Source: a virus (taxonomy: Duplodnaviria; Caudoviricetes). Taken from it: 56,292 nucleotides of DNA. The first letter of the stretch is position 1, and the number at the start of each line of letters is the position of its first letter. The notes beneath the pieces are model-generated. The model was not told where the DNA came from. It worked only from the letters and a program-made list of their open reading frames with translations, and did not search any database. Made by a program: the position numbers and the translations under genes. This document shows positions 38,101 through 46,750 of this stretch, one piece after another. Where the stretch lies: IMG/VR virus record IMGVR_UViG_3300025168_000103, positions 1-56,292 of that record; one strand, given 5' to 3'.

Positions 38101-41100
38101 ATAAGCACTATGTCTTCTCTTTGGGTCTGGGGTAAAAGGAGTTCTATGACCTGTTAAAGATGTGTAATCCATTGGGTTTTGCCAATATTGAAAATTACCA
38201 TTATTTTGAACCATCGCTTCTTCAAATTCATTCCAAGCAAAAACTAGGTCTCGTTTATTAGAACCACTAGGCAATAAATTGAAATTTGAGTTTGTGTCTG
38301 CTGTAAAACCTAAATTTGAATTTTCCGCTAATCCAATATAACCATTTAAAACACTATCATATGTTTCGTGTATTGTTTGGTCTGATAAACCGTTAATAAA
38401 CTGGTCTCCATCTTCTTCAGAACCTATTCTTTTGTTTGAATATCCTTTCTCTACACTATTGTGACCATAAGCTACTGTTTGATTAAGTATACCTTGTTGC
38501 AAAATACTTTTATCTGATTCTTGTCTTTCCGCTCTTACTACTCTAAAACCAGATATTTTGTCTCTAACATTACCAGGTATTCTAAATTCAAAATTTACAA
38601 ATAAATCTAAAGCATAATGAACATTATCGTAATAATTAGGAAATACTTTATAATGAGCAGGTATTTGTTTTACTGTATATTGAGAGTCTAAATAACCAGA
38701 GTGTCCTACAAGAGTATTAGGACTTATAAAACCACTGCCACTCGAACTAAAATTCACCTGCCCATTTGAACGAGCATAAGCTGCGTGCAAATCTAATCCT
38801 GCTCCAGTATTAGTAGTAGTTGAAGCTGTTATATTGGTTGGGGGAAATACGTTGTAGTCGTAACTAAATTCTCCATTTTTAATATATCTCACTGTTGGTC
38901 TAGAAGAAAAATATCCTGCTGTTTGATTAAACCAAGAAACATCTATAGAAGGGGTTGTACATCCATATATAAAAGAAGTTTTATGGTCTCCCACCCTATC
39001 TAATGTTCCAAACAATCCTTCATCAAATAGTGAGTCTGTTCCGTATGTAGGCATACCAGGATTGTAATCTGAGTCATCTGACCTAAGTCTTCGTAAGGGG
39101 TCATTCATTTCTGGCATTTCTATATCGCCTATCCATAATACGTTTCCTGCTCTACCTTTTTTATCGTAAATTTGTACACCAAATCTATACATTTCTCCTC
39201 TACGATATCCTTTAAAGTTTCCTGTAGATGGGTCTTTACTTCCCCCTAAAGACATACTAGCTATAAAGTCTGTATCAGTATTATCTGTATTTAATAAACC
39301 TGTATCATCTCTAGATATATTATCTGTTTGTAAATCTGTTATAGGTCCAGCTTGTATAAAGGGTGACGAGCTTACGTTGTTTTGAAAATCAACTTGTCTT
39401 TGCTTTAAATCAAAAGTTAATCTACATCCCCCTAATTCGTTTTCAGAGTAATCATAACTTTCTCCTCCTAGTGTTAGTCCATCAGATAAATATCTATATT
39501 CATGTGATTGTTTTTTTTGGATATTTGCCCTTCCCTTATCTTCAATAACATTAGCACCAATAGTTGTAGTGTCATCTCCTTTATATGTTCTCCACTTTGG
39601 CATTCCGTTTGACCACGTTTCTCCTAATGAAGGTGTTACTATACTAGGTTCTGTAGCTACCGAGGCTATTTCATACTCTAGTATTTGCGAATCATTTGAT
39701 GTAATAGTTCCTGTAATACCGCTTCCGCCTTCATTTATAATATTATATCTTCTAACCTTAACATTCCATTCTTTTTCAGATATTGAGTTATCTAGTCTTT
39801 GTAAATTACCAGCAAGTAATATATTATCTTTTATAGCTATGTCTTTACATACATTCCAAGTATTAATATCTATTAATATTGAGTCTATACCTTCAGATAA
39901 ATCTCCATTCCAGTTAGTATGATAAAATGTTGTTGTATCAGCGCTGCTTGAAAATTGTTGACTACCAACTAATGAAACTCTTATAGGTCCGTCATTTTGT
40001 ACGTGTAATATGGAATACAATTCAATAATATCAAAGTCATTGTCTAAATCTTTAATTGTAATTTCAAAACCTTGAGAACTAACATCTAGTATAGGGTCTC
40101 CTGATGTGCTTCCGTAGTAGTTAGAAAAAGTAGAAAAACTATGTTTGGATGTGTGATACAAATTACTAAAAGGACTCATTACTGTTTCTCCCCCATTAGA
40201 AGAGGTGTATTTATAACAATATTGTAGTTGACCTACAGGTAGACTACCATTTATAGTTTTTGTTAAAACTGGTTGAGAAGGAGAGTGAAGTGGAGTTAAA
40301 TCTAAAACATCTGGCGACAATCTATTCAATCCTGATTTACCTAAATTTAACGACCTAAGTGGATTTATATTATCTGTCCAAAATATTCTAGATATACATT
40401 CATTTTCTATAATACCCTCCATTCTTATAGGAGTGTCAACCTTCATGTTTAAATCAGGATATTTATTATTAGCTCCAACGTGGTCATAACAAACCATTAA
40501 ATCATATACCATTTCAATTCTAAGATTGTTATCAAATTTTACATCTAAAAAAATAGTTTGTGATTTATCTGGGTCAGTAGAAAAATCTACATGAGGCTTT
40601 ACAATAACAAAGATTACATTATTATTATATGAGTGATATCCAACTATACTAACTTCAAAAGATTCTACGGTTGTAAATGGTCCTGTAACTGAAGTACCAA
40701 AAAATGGTATCACTCCAGAAAAACTACCTATTTGATTGTTATTAGGACTTGGAAAAAAATCTCCTACTTCGTTACCATTACCGTCTGTTGTAGAAGGATG
40801 CATGTATATTTCAGAAAATTTATCACCAGCTGACGTAGCTCCAGCTTTAGTAATTACTCTTGTTCCTAAAATACCTTCTGTAAGACCTGGGTCATGTGTT
40901 TGTTGGCAGATGTCATTTAAATTAAACATCCTTCTGTTTCCTTGAATATTCTCTATAGTAAATGTACTTTGATTTTCGTTTGACAATCTTACATTTAGAG
41001 CGTCTCTATAACTTCCTGTAGGCTGATATCTTGGGTCTGGGTCTGAAATCATACCCCCAGTAAAACCCTGAGCTTGTGATATATATTTATTAGAATTTTT

Positions 41101-41121
41101 TTGTTCTTGTTTTTTAGCCAT
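35116..41121 (-). CDS. tail stabilisation/muzzle protein (P22 gp10-like, crAss-type)
   Basis: FTGGMISD.DP...YRDALN, RIFWTDNINPLRSLN, GYRRGEMYRFG, FGGDTFV, C-terminal RMRGTY. Confidence 0.8.
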   Translation of the reverse strand: MAKKQEQKNSNKYISQAQGFTGGMISDPDPRYQPTGSYRDALNVRLSNENQSTFTIENIQGNRRMFNLNDICQQTHDPGLTEGILGTRVITKAGATSAGDKFSEIYMHPSTTDGNGNEVGDFFPSPNNNQIGSFSGVIPFFGTSVTGPFTTVESFEVSIVGYHSYNNNVIFVIVKPHVDFSTDPDKSQTIFLDVKFDNNLRIEMVYDLMVCYDHVGANNKYPDLNMKVDTPIRMEGIIENECISRIFWTDNINPLRSLNLGKSGLNRLSPDVLDLTPLHSPSQPVLTKTINGSLPVGQLQYCYKYTSSNGGETVMSPFSNLYHTSKHSFSTFSNYYGSTSGDPILDVSSQGFEITIKDLDNDFDIIELYSILHVQNDGPIRVSLVGSQQFSSSADTTTFYHTNWNGDLSEGIDSILIDINTWNVCKDIAIKDNILLAGNLQRLDNSISEKEWNVKVRRYNIINEGGSGITGTITSNDSQILEYEIASVATEPSIVTPSLGETWSNGMPKWRTYKGDDTTTIGANVIEDKGRANIQKKQSHEYRYLSDGLTLGGESYDYSENELGGCRLTFDLKQRQVDFQNNVSSSPFIQAGPITDLQTDNISRDDTGLLNTDNTDTDFIASMSLGGSKDPSTGNFKGYRRGEMYRFGVQIYDKKGRAGNVLWIGDIEMPEMNDPLRRLRSDDSDYNPGMPTYGTDSLFDEGLFGTLDRVGDHKTSFIYGCTTPSIDVSWFNQTAGYFSSRPTVRYIKNGEFSYDYNVFPPTNITASTTTNTGAGLDLHAAYARSNGQVNFSSSGSGFISPNTLVGHSGYLDSQYTVKQIPAHYKVFPNYYDNVHYALDLFVNFEFRIPGNVRDKISGFRVVRAERQESDKSILQQGILNQTVAYGHNSVEKGYSNKRIGSEEDGDQFINGLSDQTIHETYDSVLNGYIGLAENSNLGFTADTNSNFNLLPSGSNKRDLVFAWNEFEEAMVQNNGNFQYWQNPMDYTSLTGHRTPFTPDPKRRHSAYFGCYEVMPNVKEMTVPVNRHNLSSNTHTHYLKGASAQAVQGSVFTLDSPDSAFGMSPYAHRTGDKVRVDAIMKLVYDLKTTGESNSSPSGSPFGMRNHSGTSFGPQPTAEPGAVTNDGTPDSLHRIQNNFNATTGKSWHPHNDELSKDNTLRYCKKIDIGSDDDGYGALIAKYYIYDTYYGIGMSIDGGAGYASGHSTKQISEAYNNPGGTFNTQYRASQFHDVYHHEILNAKELEEGEVVSQSFFKNGVLMIDEGEKAFATPGSQSDADNSMNGFSNNTLGFYSGARREAVTSGSHKQESSGGTSFLFSMIEGVKYTGASGPDDACRTYDTKSTVQTGLRSILIQIDGDGVAGEKRGLLNPRDLSAVLENRSWNTGQNVGRGDFHGCMSQISNEVNDRAYSTSNTGIDNAHGQFGGPSYIPYKFLCSIVRNIIPYGGPGLNSIVSTRYIPAGNFHPIKKDANGDSDANHLSKVFGGDTFVNFYSHQKTACDIEKKSYARWQVFPVESETNTDMRLGYHLGAGDTNIGDSSITSDAGEILINTNDWEINDVYSQENNLKSAISIDETQTCKSLDLPYQIVYSETKISGESEDSFKVFKQFSFHDMESQYGEVTRLAKWKNDIYVLQESAMSKLLVNPISMIADELGSSLFTGTGETVENHLYISTKFGTRHMESVVSTEKAIYYIDNTYAKLIQYTGETLKVLSDDLGQRNAFENIIKGFDNSIRGNLDSKKKIGRNFICDNALKFNGITSIFDYKNNELIITMHSSDLDIENNRDVRSVGTGESRYQIASTASRTIVYSESINAFTSYYSVTPRRWMSIGGYVTSTESDIYLDEKGPYTGAPGNTSYMFNSNHLSVWKWDEQIHSYKNMFFDENISPASGDIAMSTVTKSISEIPSDVKVFDNAKIVMTPDAKANLTNQLAIFNTEVSGQGTIDINASTLAKYQEGILRFPLRDVVSSGPRMRGTYINISYMTRSINKFNIFAILAKYRKSYN
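35151..35158 (-). promoter_or_regulatory. candidate -7 box (TATCTTTG) upstream of the ejection genes
   Basis: Inside the 3' end of the stabiliser gene, 34 nt upstream of the ATG at 35116. Confidence 0.45.
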
Positions 41122-41122
41122 A

Positions 41123-42220
41123 TTATAAATCTAATAATCCCCTAGTGCTTTTAACAGGCACCATAGTATTCCATATTTTTCCTATTTGTCTTAGTTCTTC
41201 TGCAGTAGGCATATTATCATCTCCTCTTGCTTTACCACATAAAAAATACCATCTTTTTTCTAAATCTTTTACAACGTACATGGACAACCTTCCGTTAATA
41301 TAATCTATATTTTTATGTTGCCACATAATATATTGAGCTACTGCAGTGGTATGACTATCTTTTATCATTGGATATCCTCTATCGTCTACAGGGTACGTAG
41401 AACAAACTACAGTTATTTCAGTAATTTGGTCATGCTGAATATTAAGTCTATTGCCTTGTATATAGTACCTTAAAGCTCTTTGTTGCGTGTCTAAAGCGTC
41501 CTTACCAACCCTTTCTTTGTGTACTGCCATTGGTTTTAACAACTCTGAATGACGAAAACTTGAGTCTCCTGTGCCAGCTCGTACCCCTAATACCCTTACC
41601 ATGTTGTCTGGTAATCTTAATTGTTGGTTTAAAAAAATACCTTTTCCTCCTGTTAAATGAGAGCCACTGCATTCTGCGTTTGCATTATCAGACGATAAAG
41701 TAAAGTTATTACCATCAAAACCTATAGCATCTTTTGTGATAGTTAAAGTGTTTCCCCCACTACCAACAAAGCTATACCCCTCTAAAGATTCTGTAAAATT
41801 AAGACCTGGTGTTGTCTGAGCGGGAATACTCGAAGAGACCACAGTACCATTTAATGAGGATACCAATGCCGTCAGTGTAACAGATAGACTACCACCTATT
41901 ATTACTTGATGAGGTTGAGCGTTTGAAAGACCAGTAATATTTGTACCAGAACCACCACTAGTGTCTATAAAAATAAGGTCTACACCATTTACAGATATTT
42001 TATCTCCATTAGAGGGGTTTGCTGAAAATGTTATTGTTCCTGTAGCTTGAGCTCCTGTAGAAGTGTATGTAAACTCTCTTTCTTCAAATGTATCTCTACT
42101 TCCAATTAACAACTCTGCTTCAAAAGCCCATTCTGTCCAAGAGTTAATATTATTACTATAATCTCTTAAACCAAGATTACGACCTACTGTATTATATATT
42201 CTTTCTATATGCGTATACAT
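41123..42220 (-). CDS. tail ring/tubular protein with inserted beta-rich domain
   Basis: EW..EA..LIG N-terminus and YYIQG...PVDDRGYPMI C-terminus flank an S/G/T-rich insert. Confidence 0.65.
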   Translation of the reverse strand: MYTHIERIYNTVGRNLGLRDYSNNINSWTEWAFEAELLIGSRDTFEEREFTYTSTGAQATGTITFSANPSNGDKISVNGVDLIFIDTSGGSGTNITGLSNAQPHQVIIGGSLSVTLTALVSSLNGTVVSSSIPAQTTPGLNFTESLEGYSFVGSGGNTLTITKDAIGFDGNNFTLSSDNANAECSGSHLTGGKGIFLNQQLRLPDNMVRVLGVRAGTGDSSFRHSELLKPMAVHKERVGKDALDTQQRALRYYIQGNRLNIQHDQITEITVVCSTYPVDDRGYPMIKDSHTTAVAQYIMWQHKNIDYINGRLSMYVVKDLEKRWYFLCGKARGDDNMPTAEELRQIGKIWNTMVPVKSTRGLLDL

Positions 42221-42224
42221 AATT

Positions 42225-42692
42225 TTATACTGATGCTATAAATACTTCTAGTTGTTGGTTTGCTATACCTTTTACTTTTAATGCTGTAGCATTATCCATT
42301 GTAGAACCTCCATTATCACCCTCACAAGTTACTCCTGTATACATGATACTACTGTTTGCAGCAACAGATGTATAGGCAGCGTCAGAAGCCTCATCATCTA
42401 AACCAACTTGCAGGGCATCTGTTCCGTCTAAATTAGTAACTCTAATATATCTTACATCTCCCCTTATAAACATTCCGTTATTTACATCATCATTTGAAAA
42501 GGTAACTATCTCAACTAAATTACTGTTAACTAATTTTATAATTTTTTTAGTTGAATTTAAAATTCCTGTATATGTATGAGTACAAGTTTGTGCAAAATCT
42601 CTTGCATCTGAAGTGCCTGTATCATGCCCTATAGCTAGGGCTTCTGTTATTGTTACCACCAAGTCGGCTGCATTTAAATCCGTATCTGCCAT
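42225..42692 (-). CDS. putative structural protein
   Basis: VRYIRVTNLDGT motif related to the 4778 and 5222 genes. Confidence 0.6.
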   Translation of the reverse strand: MADTDLNAADLVVTITEALAIGHDTGTSDARDFAQTCTHTYTGILNSTKKIIKLVNSNLVEIVTFSNDDVNNGMFIRGDVRYIRVTNLDGTDALQVGLDDEASDAAYTSVAANSSIMYTGVTCEGDNGGSTMDNATALKVKGIANQQLEVFIASV

Positions 42693-42698
42693 AATTTT

Positions 42699-43094
42699 TT
42701 ATTTTATATTGTTTATTACTCTTTTGTATATACCTAATGGCATAATTTTACAATTCTTATATTTCTTTGGTCTCACCCATACTAGTTTATGATAAAAATC
42801 ATCAAGTATTGGAACCTTATATTTTACCAACTCTCCTGTTTCTTTACTAGCTTTTTGGTCTATTCTAACATGAAAAGCTCTTGTATGTTCTCTTTTGTCT
42901 AAATATACATATCCCATATTGTTTGGTAAATGTATTTTTTCTTCTCTAACAACTAAATCTCTTAAAACAATTTCAAAATATCTTTTAACTATATTATAAA
43001 ATGTACTGTAGCTTATTTTTTTAAGTAAATTATTTTTTACGTTATTATAAATCTCTCTTACTTGCGTATATTTATATTTGTATTTACTACTCAT
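42699..43094 (-). CDS. IHF/HU-like DNA-binding protein
   Basis: Basic; IHLPNNMGYVYL resembles the HU 'LPGFG' turn; crAss-like position among the ring genes. Confidence 0.6.
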   Translation of the reverse strand: MSSKYKYKYTQVREIYNNVKNNLLKKISYSTFYNIVKRYFEIVLRDLVVREEKIHLPNNMGYVYLDKREHTRAFHVRIDQKASKETGELVKYKVPILDDFYHKLVWVRPKKYKNCKIMPLGIYKRVINNIK

Positions 43095-44032
43095 TATTGT
43101 GCTTGTTGTCCTCCTATATTTATTTTAGTAGTATCTACATTATCTTCTATTAAATCTTCTGGTGTTTTCATTATTAATGTCATTTCTACTTCTGCCACCC
43201 TACTTATCAACAAAGGTATATCTTCATTTGACATAGGATACGAATCTGATGAGTCTAGGTAGGGGTAGATTGGTTTCGGTATAAGTTGATTATTTGATAC
43301 GATTGTTTCCCACTCCCACGCAATTGAATCTGTTGGATTTTGTAAAATTCCATACACTTCTAATCCGTATTCGTATATGTAAGTATTAGAATCTCTATTC
43401 GCTCTAATTCTTAGTCCTCCTACCTCTAATTTTGTTTGACTATTATAATTATAAGGAATAGCGTACGGAGTTTTAATTTTGGTAAATCTATTAGCCCAAG
43501 CGTATTGAGCTTCATCTTTTGTTTTTATAGGAACAGGACTCCATCCTGTAAAGTGTCCAGGTGCACTAACGTCTAGAGAGCTAGTAGTTCTTCTTTTAAT
43601 TCTTGCGTCTGTAATACCATCTCTATTACCTACATTTATTGTATTTGGTATTGTTTCGGTGTATAAAAAATAATCATTATCATTATCGTCTAAATAATTT
43701 TTTCCATAATATGTGTTGTTTGTCCAAGCTGCTTGATATTGTTCATTCATCCCAGATACGTTATTCAACGGTAAGGTATTTTGCGCAGTTTGAGATATGT
43801 AGTAACTAGGATAATTATAATGGTCTGCAGGATAAATTCTAAACGCTTTAATTGGTTGTATCCAATTTCTATCTAAGGGAGCTCCTGATAATAACTTTTC
43901 TTCTATTATCTTTGCTCTATGATAATGTATCCAATGTTTTATTTGTCTGGTACTAATATTTTGCTCTAAAGTTTCACTACCTCCAGACATTAATTCTTTA
44001 ATGTTGTATGCTATTTCGTTTAATGTCGCCAT
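43094..44032 (-). CDS. tail ring/adaptor protein
   Basis: MATLNEIAYNI...ISTRQIKHWIHYHRA..I; GILQNP; YPM. Confidence 0.7.
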   Translation of the reverse strand: MATLNEIAYNIKELMSGGSETLEQNISTRQIKHWIHYHRAKIIEEKLLSGAPLDRNWIQPIKAFRIYPADHYNYPSYYISQTAQNTLPLNNVSGMNEQYQAAWTNNTYYGKNYLDDNDNDYFLYTETIPNTINVGNRDGITDARIKRRTTSSLDVSAPGHFTGWSPVPIKTKDEAQYAWANRFTKIKTPYAIPYNYNSQTKLEVGGLRIRANRDSNTYIYEYGLEVYGILQNPTDSIAWEWETIVSNNQLIPKPIYPYLDSSDSYPMSNEDIPLLISRVAEVEMTLIMKTPEDLIEDNVDTTKINIGGQQAQ

Positions 44033-44048
44033 ATAATTATATTAATTA

Positions 44049-44056
44049 CAAAATTA
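44049..44056 (-). promoter_or_regulatory. Bacteroidota -7 box (TAATTTTG)
   Basis: TAnnTTTG 16 nt upstream of the ATG at 44032. Confidence 0.65.
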
Positions 44057-44072
44057 CGAATTTTATTCCAAT

Positions 44073-44116
44073 TAAACAGAAATAGGCCCGCACAAATTAA
44101 TGATTAGACCTATTTC
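44073..44116 (-). terminator. possible intrinsic terminator
   Basis: GAAATAGGTC-N18-GGCCTATTTC stem followed by TGTTT. Confidence 0.45.
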
Positions 44117-44151
44117 ATTTGCACAGGGAGCAAATATCTTTAGATGTGTAT

Positions 44152-44754
44152 CTATTGTTGTTCTTCGTTTGCCTGTACAGTATAATTAGAGCTTTCTATG
44201 TTTCCTGTCATTTTTCTCACAGTTATATTTAAAATATCATGTTGATATTGTTCTGGAATACGGTCCCACTCAGTTACACTTAGATGTCTTAAATATCTTA
44301 TATTAAAAGTGTCAGCAGCAGTAAAATCTAGAGTACCTCCATTATTAAAATAAAGTCTTTCCTCATTACCATTTTGTGTTACCGCGCATATAGGATTATC
44401 ATCATTTACAGTTTTAAATGGATTATTAGTCATTATTAAAGCGGTTAGTTCGTCATCTGATACAATTCTGCATTCAGCTCCGTTTACAGCAGCGTATGTT
44501 AGATGGTGAAAGTTATGTTGAAAATCAACGTAACCAGGACCAATTGTAACCCCTGCTGAATTTTGATTTGCAGATTGCCTAGCTCCAATCATTTCCTTAT
44601 ACTCTTGATTAACTCCCATTAACTCATATCTTTTATTTAAAAACTCTGTAATAGATAAATTTATAAATATATCTTTTTCAGTATTTAAAAAGTATGGTTG
44701 ATTTGCTTTATCAATCATTAAGTCTACATATTCATACGCTGCAGCTATATTCAT
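44152..44754 (-). CDS. tail ring/head-tail connector protein
   Basis: DLMIDKANQPYF...EKDIFIN; YLR; IPEQYQHDI....VRK. Confidence 0.7.
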   Translation of the reverse strand: MNIAAAYEYVDLMIDKANQPYFLNTEKDIFINLSITEFLNKRYELMGVNQEYKEMIGARQSANQNSAGVTIGPGYVDFQHNFHHLTYAAVNGAECRIVSDDELTALIMTNNPFKTVNDDNPICAVTQNGNEERLYFNNGGTLDFTAADTFNIRYLRHLSVTEWDRIPEQYQHDILNITVRKMTGNIESSNYTVQANEEQQ

Positions 44755-44757
44755 TAT

Positions 44758-45501
44758 TTATTGCTTTTTAATGTCCTCTATTTCTTGTTCTATTTGTGAT
44801 ATTGCAGAACCAGCTCTCATTGAATGTTCTTCAACTTTTTCTACTGTTTCTTCTTTAGATTTTTTAGTCTTACCACCTCTAAGTTCTTGTTTTAATAAAG
44901 CGTAAGTATCACCATTTTCTTTTAACCATACAATAGCTTGGTCTTCAGTTAATCCAATGTTTAATGTATTGTGTTTCCATACACCATTAACTTTATTTAA
45001 AATTTTCTTATCGTAAGCTTTCTTTAAGAATACTCTATGCTCTTTATCTATATCGTCTACATAAGTTAAGAATTTTTCTGAGTTTGAACTAGCTAATTGA
45101 ATAATCTTTGCTCTTAATAATACACTTTCTATCGTAGTGTCTAAACCCATAAGTAGTGATATATCGTTTACTTCTTTTTCTTTTAATGTAGAAGCTCTTG
45201 TAATTGCTTCTGCACTTTTAATTGAATCCGCAGCATTTTGTTGTTCTTGTTTTGAAACATCTTCTATAATAAATTTTCCTTTTATTAAAGGATGGTTTTT
45301 TAAAAATGTATATAGTCTATTGTCGTACTCTTTGTCTATATCTAATGTTGTTATAGCTTGGAACATTTCATATCCACTTACTTTATTTCCATTAATATCT
45401 ACTAGTTCTTTTAACCTACCTTCTTTGTTTGTGTAGGTACCAAATTTACAATAGTTAAACTTCTCTGGTTTTTTTGACTTAATCATTACAATGTGACTCA
45501 T
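44758..45501 (-). CDS. conserved crAss-like morphogenesis protein
   Basis: Helical; LG.TEDQAIVWLK..N motif; located between the capsid and ring genes. Confidence 0.55.
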   Translation of the reverse strand: MSHIVMIKSKKPEKFNYCKFGTYTNKEGRLKELVDINGNKVSGYEMFQAITTLDIDKEYDNRLYTFLKNHPLIKGKFIIEDVSKQEQQNAADSIKSAEAITRASTLKEKEVNDISLLMGLDTTIESVLLRAKIIQLASSNSEKFLTYVDDIDKEHRVFLKKAYDKKILNKVNGVWKHNTLNIGLTEDQAIVWLKENGDTYALLKQELRGGKTKKSKEETVEKVEEHSMRAGSAISQIEQEIEDIKKQ

Positions 45502-45530
45502 CTTTTTTTGTTTTTAGTTAATACTCCCTG

Positions 45531-45734
45531 TTAATATTTAGGTATTGTTTTACCTTTGTTTTCTTTTACTAGTGTGTTTCCTTCCACCCATGTTTTATTA
45601 GCTGACTCTGTTTTCCATTTAAATCCAGACTGACCTCCAATATTAAATCTATCTTTTTTACTTTTATCGTATTCTTTAGCGGCCCTTTTTGTATGACCTG
45701 GATTTAAGTTATTTAAAAAATCTATAAAATTCAT
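45531..45734 (-). CDS. small hypothetical protein
   Basis: Probable start at MNFIDF (A-rich leader, downstream of a hairpin) rather than at 45767. Confidence 0.55.
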   Translation of the reverse strand: MNFIDFLNNLNPGHTKRAAKEYDKSKKDRFNIGGQSGFKWKTESANKTWVEGNTLVKENKGKTIPKY

Positions 45735-45756
45735 TTTTTTATTATTTAAGAATAAT

Positions 45757-45775
45757 GGAGGGGACAAGCCCCTCC
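45757..45775 (-). terminator. GC-rich hairpin (terminator, attenuator or processing site)
   Basis: GGAGGGG-CTTGT-CCCCTCC with a weak U tract. Confidence 0.5.
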
Positions 45776-45801
45776 TCTATTCAAATTTACATTACAAGTT
45801 C

Positions 45802-46302
45802 TTAACCTGCAGCAGTTACTGCACCAATAACTCCTTGATGAGCGTACACATACCAGAATGAACCATCAGCTACACACTCAATTCGTTCTCCTCCTATAGC
45901 AGCAGCTTCAACAGTAAAACTGTCAGCTAAAAGATTTGTAGCACCATCAGCGCCAGCATCAGCAGAAGCTGCGAATACTATTGTATCGGCAGTTGCAGCA
46001 GTAATTACAATATCACCTGCGCCACCTGGAGTAGACGCAACGATAAACGTTAACGTTCCACCAGCAGTAGCAGGAGGTAAAGTAATTGCTGAGTCAGAAC
46101 CACCTGATTGTGTTAAGAAAATTACTTTTCCAAAATCATCGTCTTTTAAGACAGTTGTTTGAACAACACCAGCAATAGCCATCGTTACTGGAGCTATTTG
46201 GATTTGTGGAATGTGTAATACTTCTTCACCAGCTACATCTTGTGCTTTTATAAAGCCAGATACAGCTGTTCTAAATTTGTTAAAACTAAATTTTAAAGCC
46301 AT
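45802..46302 (-). CDS. putative capsid decoration/head fibre protein
   Basis: DDFGKVIFL...AITLPPATAGGTLTFIV...DGSFWYV beta-rich domain just downstream of the MCP. Confidence 0.6.
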   Translation of the reverse strand: MALKFSFNKFRTAVSGFIKAQDVAGEEVLHIPQIQIAPVTMAIAGVVQTTVLKDDDFGKVIFLTQSGGSDSAITLPPATAGGTLTFIVASTPGGAGDIVITAATADTIVFAASADAGADGATNLLADSFTVEAAAIGGERIECVADGSFWYVYAHQGVIGAVTAAG

Positions 46303-46326
46303 TTTTTTATTTGTTTTTGTAGTATT

Positions 46327-46350
46327 GGGGGGTTTTAATTTTTACCCCCC
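46327..46350 (-). terminator. GC-rich hairpin (terminator, attenuator or processing site)
   Basis: GGGGGGT-N10-ACCCCCC with no clear U tract. Confidence 0.45.
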
Positions 46351-46416
46351 TCTACCAAGTTATTTATTGAGGTACTTATGCGCATAGGCTATCTATTCAC
46401 AAATACCAGTTAATTA

Positions 46417-46725
46417 TTATACAACAGCGTCTATAATAGTTGTAATAGAAGTACCGTAAAAATCTTTATCTACAGTGACTAAATCACCTTGTGATGCAGA
46501 GCCAATTCGCTGACAAATCATATCAGCAATTTTTAATGAATCACCACTAGCACACGTAATTGTAATTGTATCAAAAGCAGAAACATTAATACCTGTACCC
46601 AATGTATGTAATATTACAGTAGTTGCGGTTGTTTCAATGTATTCCATTTTTGACCAATCTAAGTAATAAGCTACACCAGTATCATTAACACTAGAAGCGA
46701 CCTTTACAAATTTTATCATATTCAT
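46417..46725 (-). CDS. putative auxiliary capsid protein
   Basis: 102-aa ORF directly after the MCP. Confidence 0.55.
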   Translation of the reverse strand: MNMIKFVKVASSVNDTGVAYYLDWSKMEYIETTATTVILHTLGTGINVSAFDTITITCASGDSLKIADMICQRIGSASQGDLVTVDKDFYGTSITTIIDAVV

Positions 46726-46750
46726 TTTTTTATTTTTTAAAGGTTAATAA

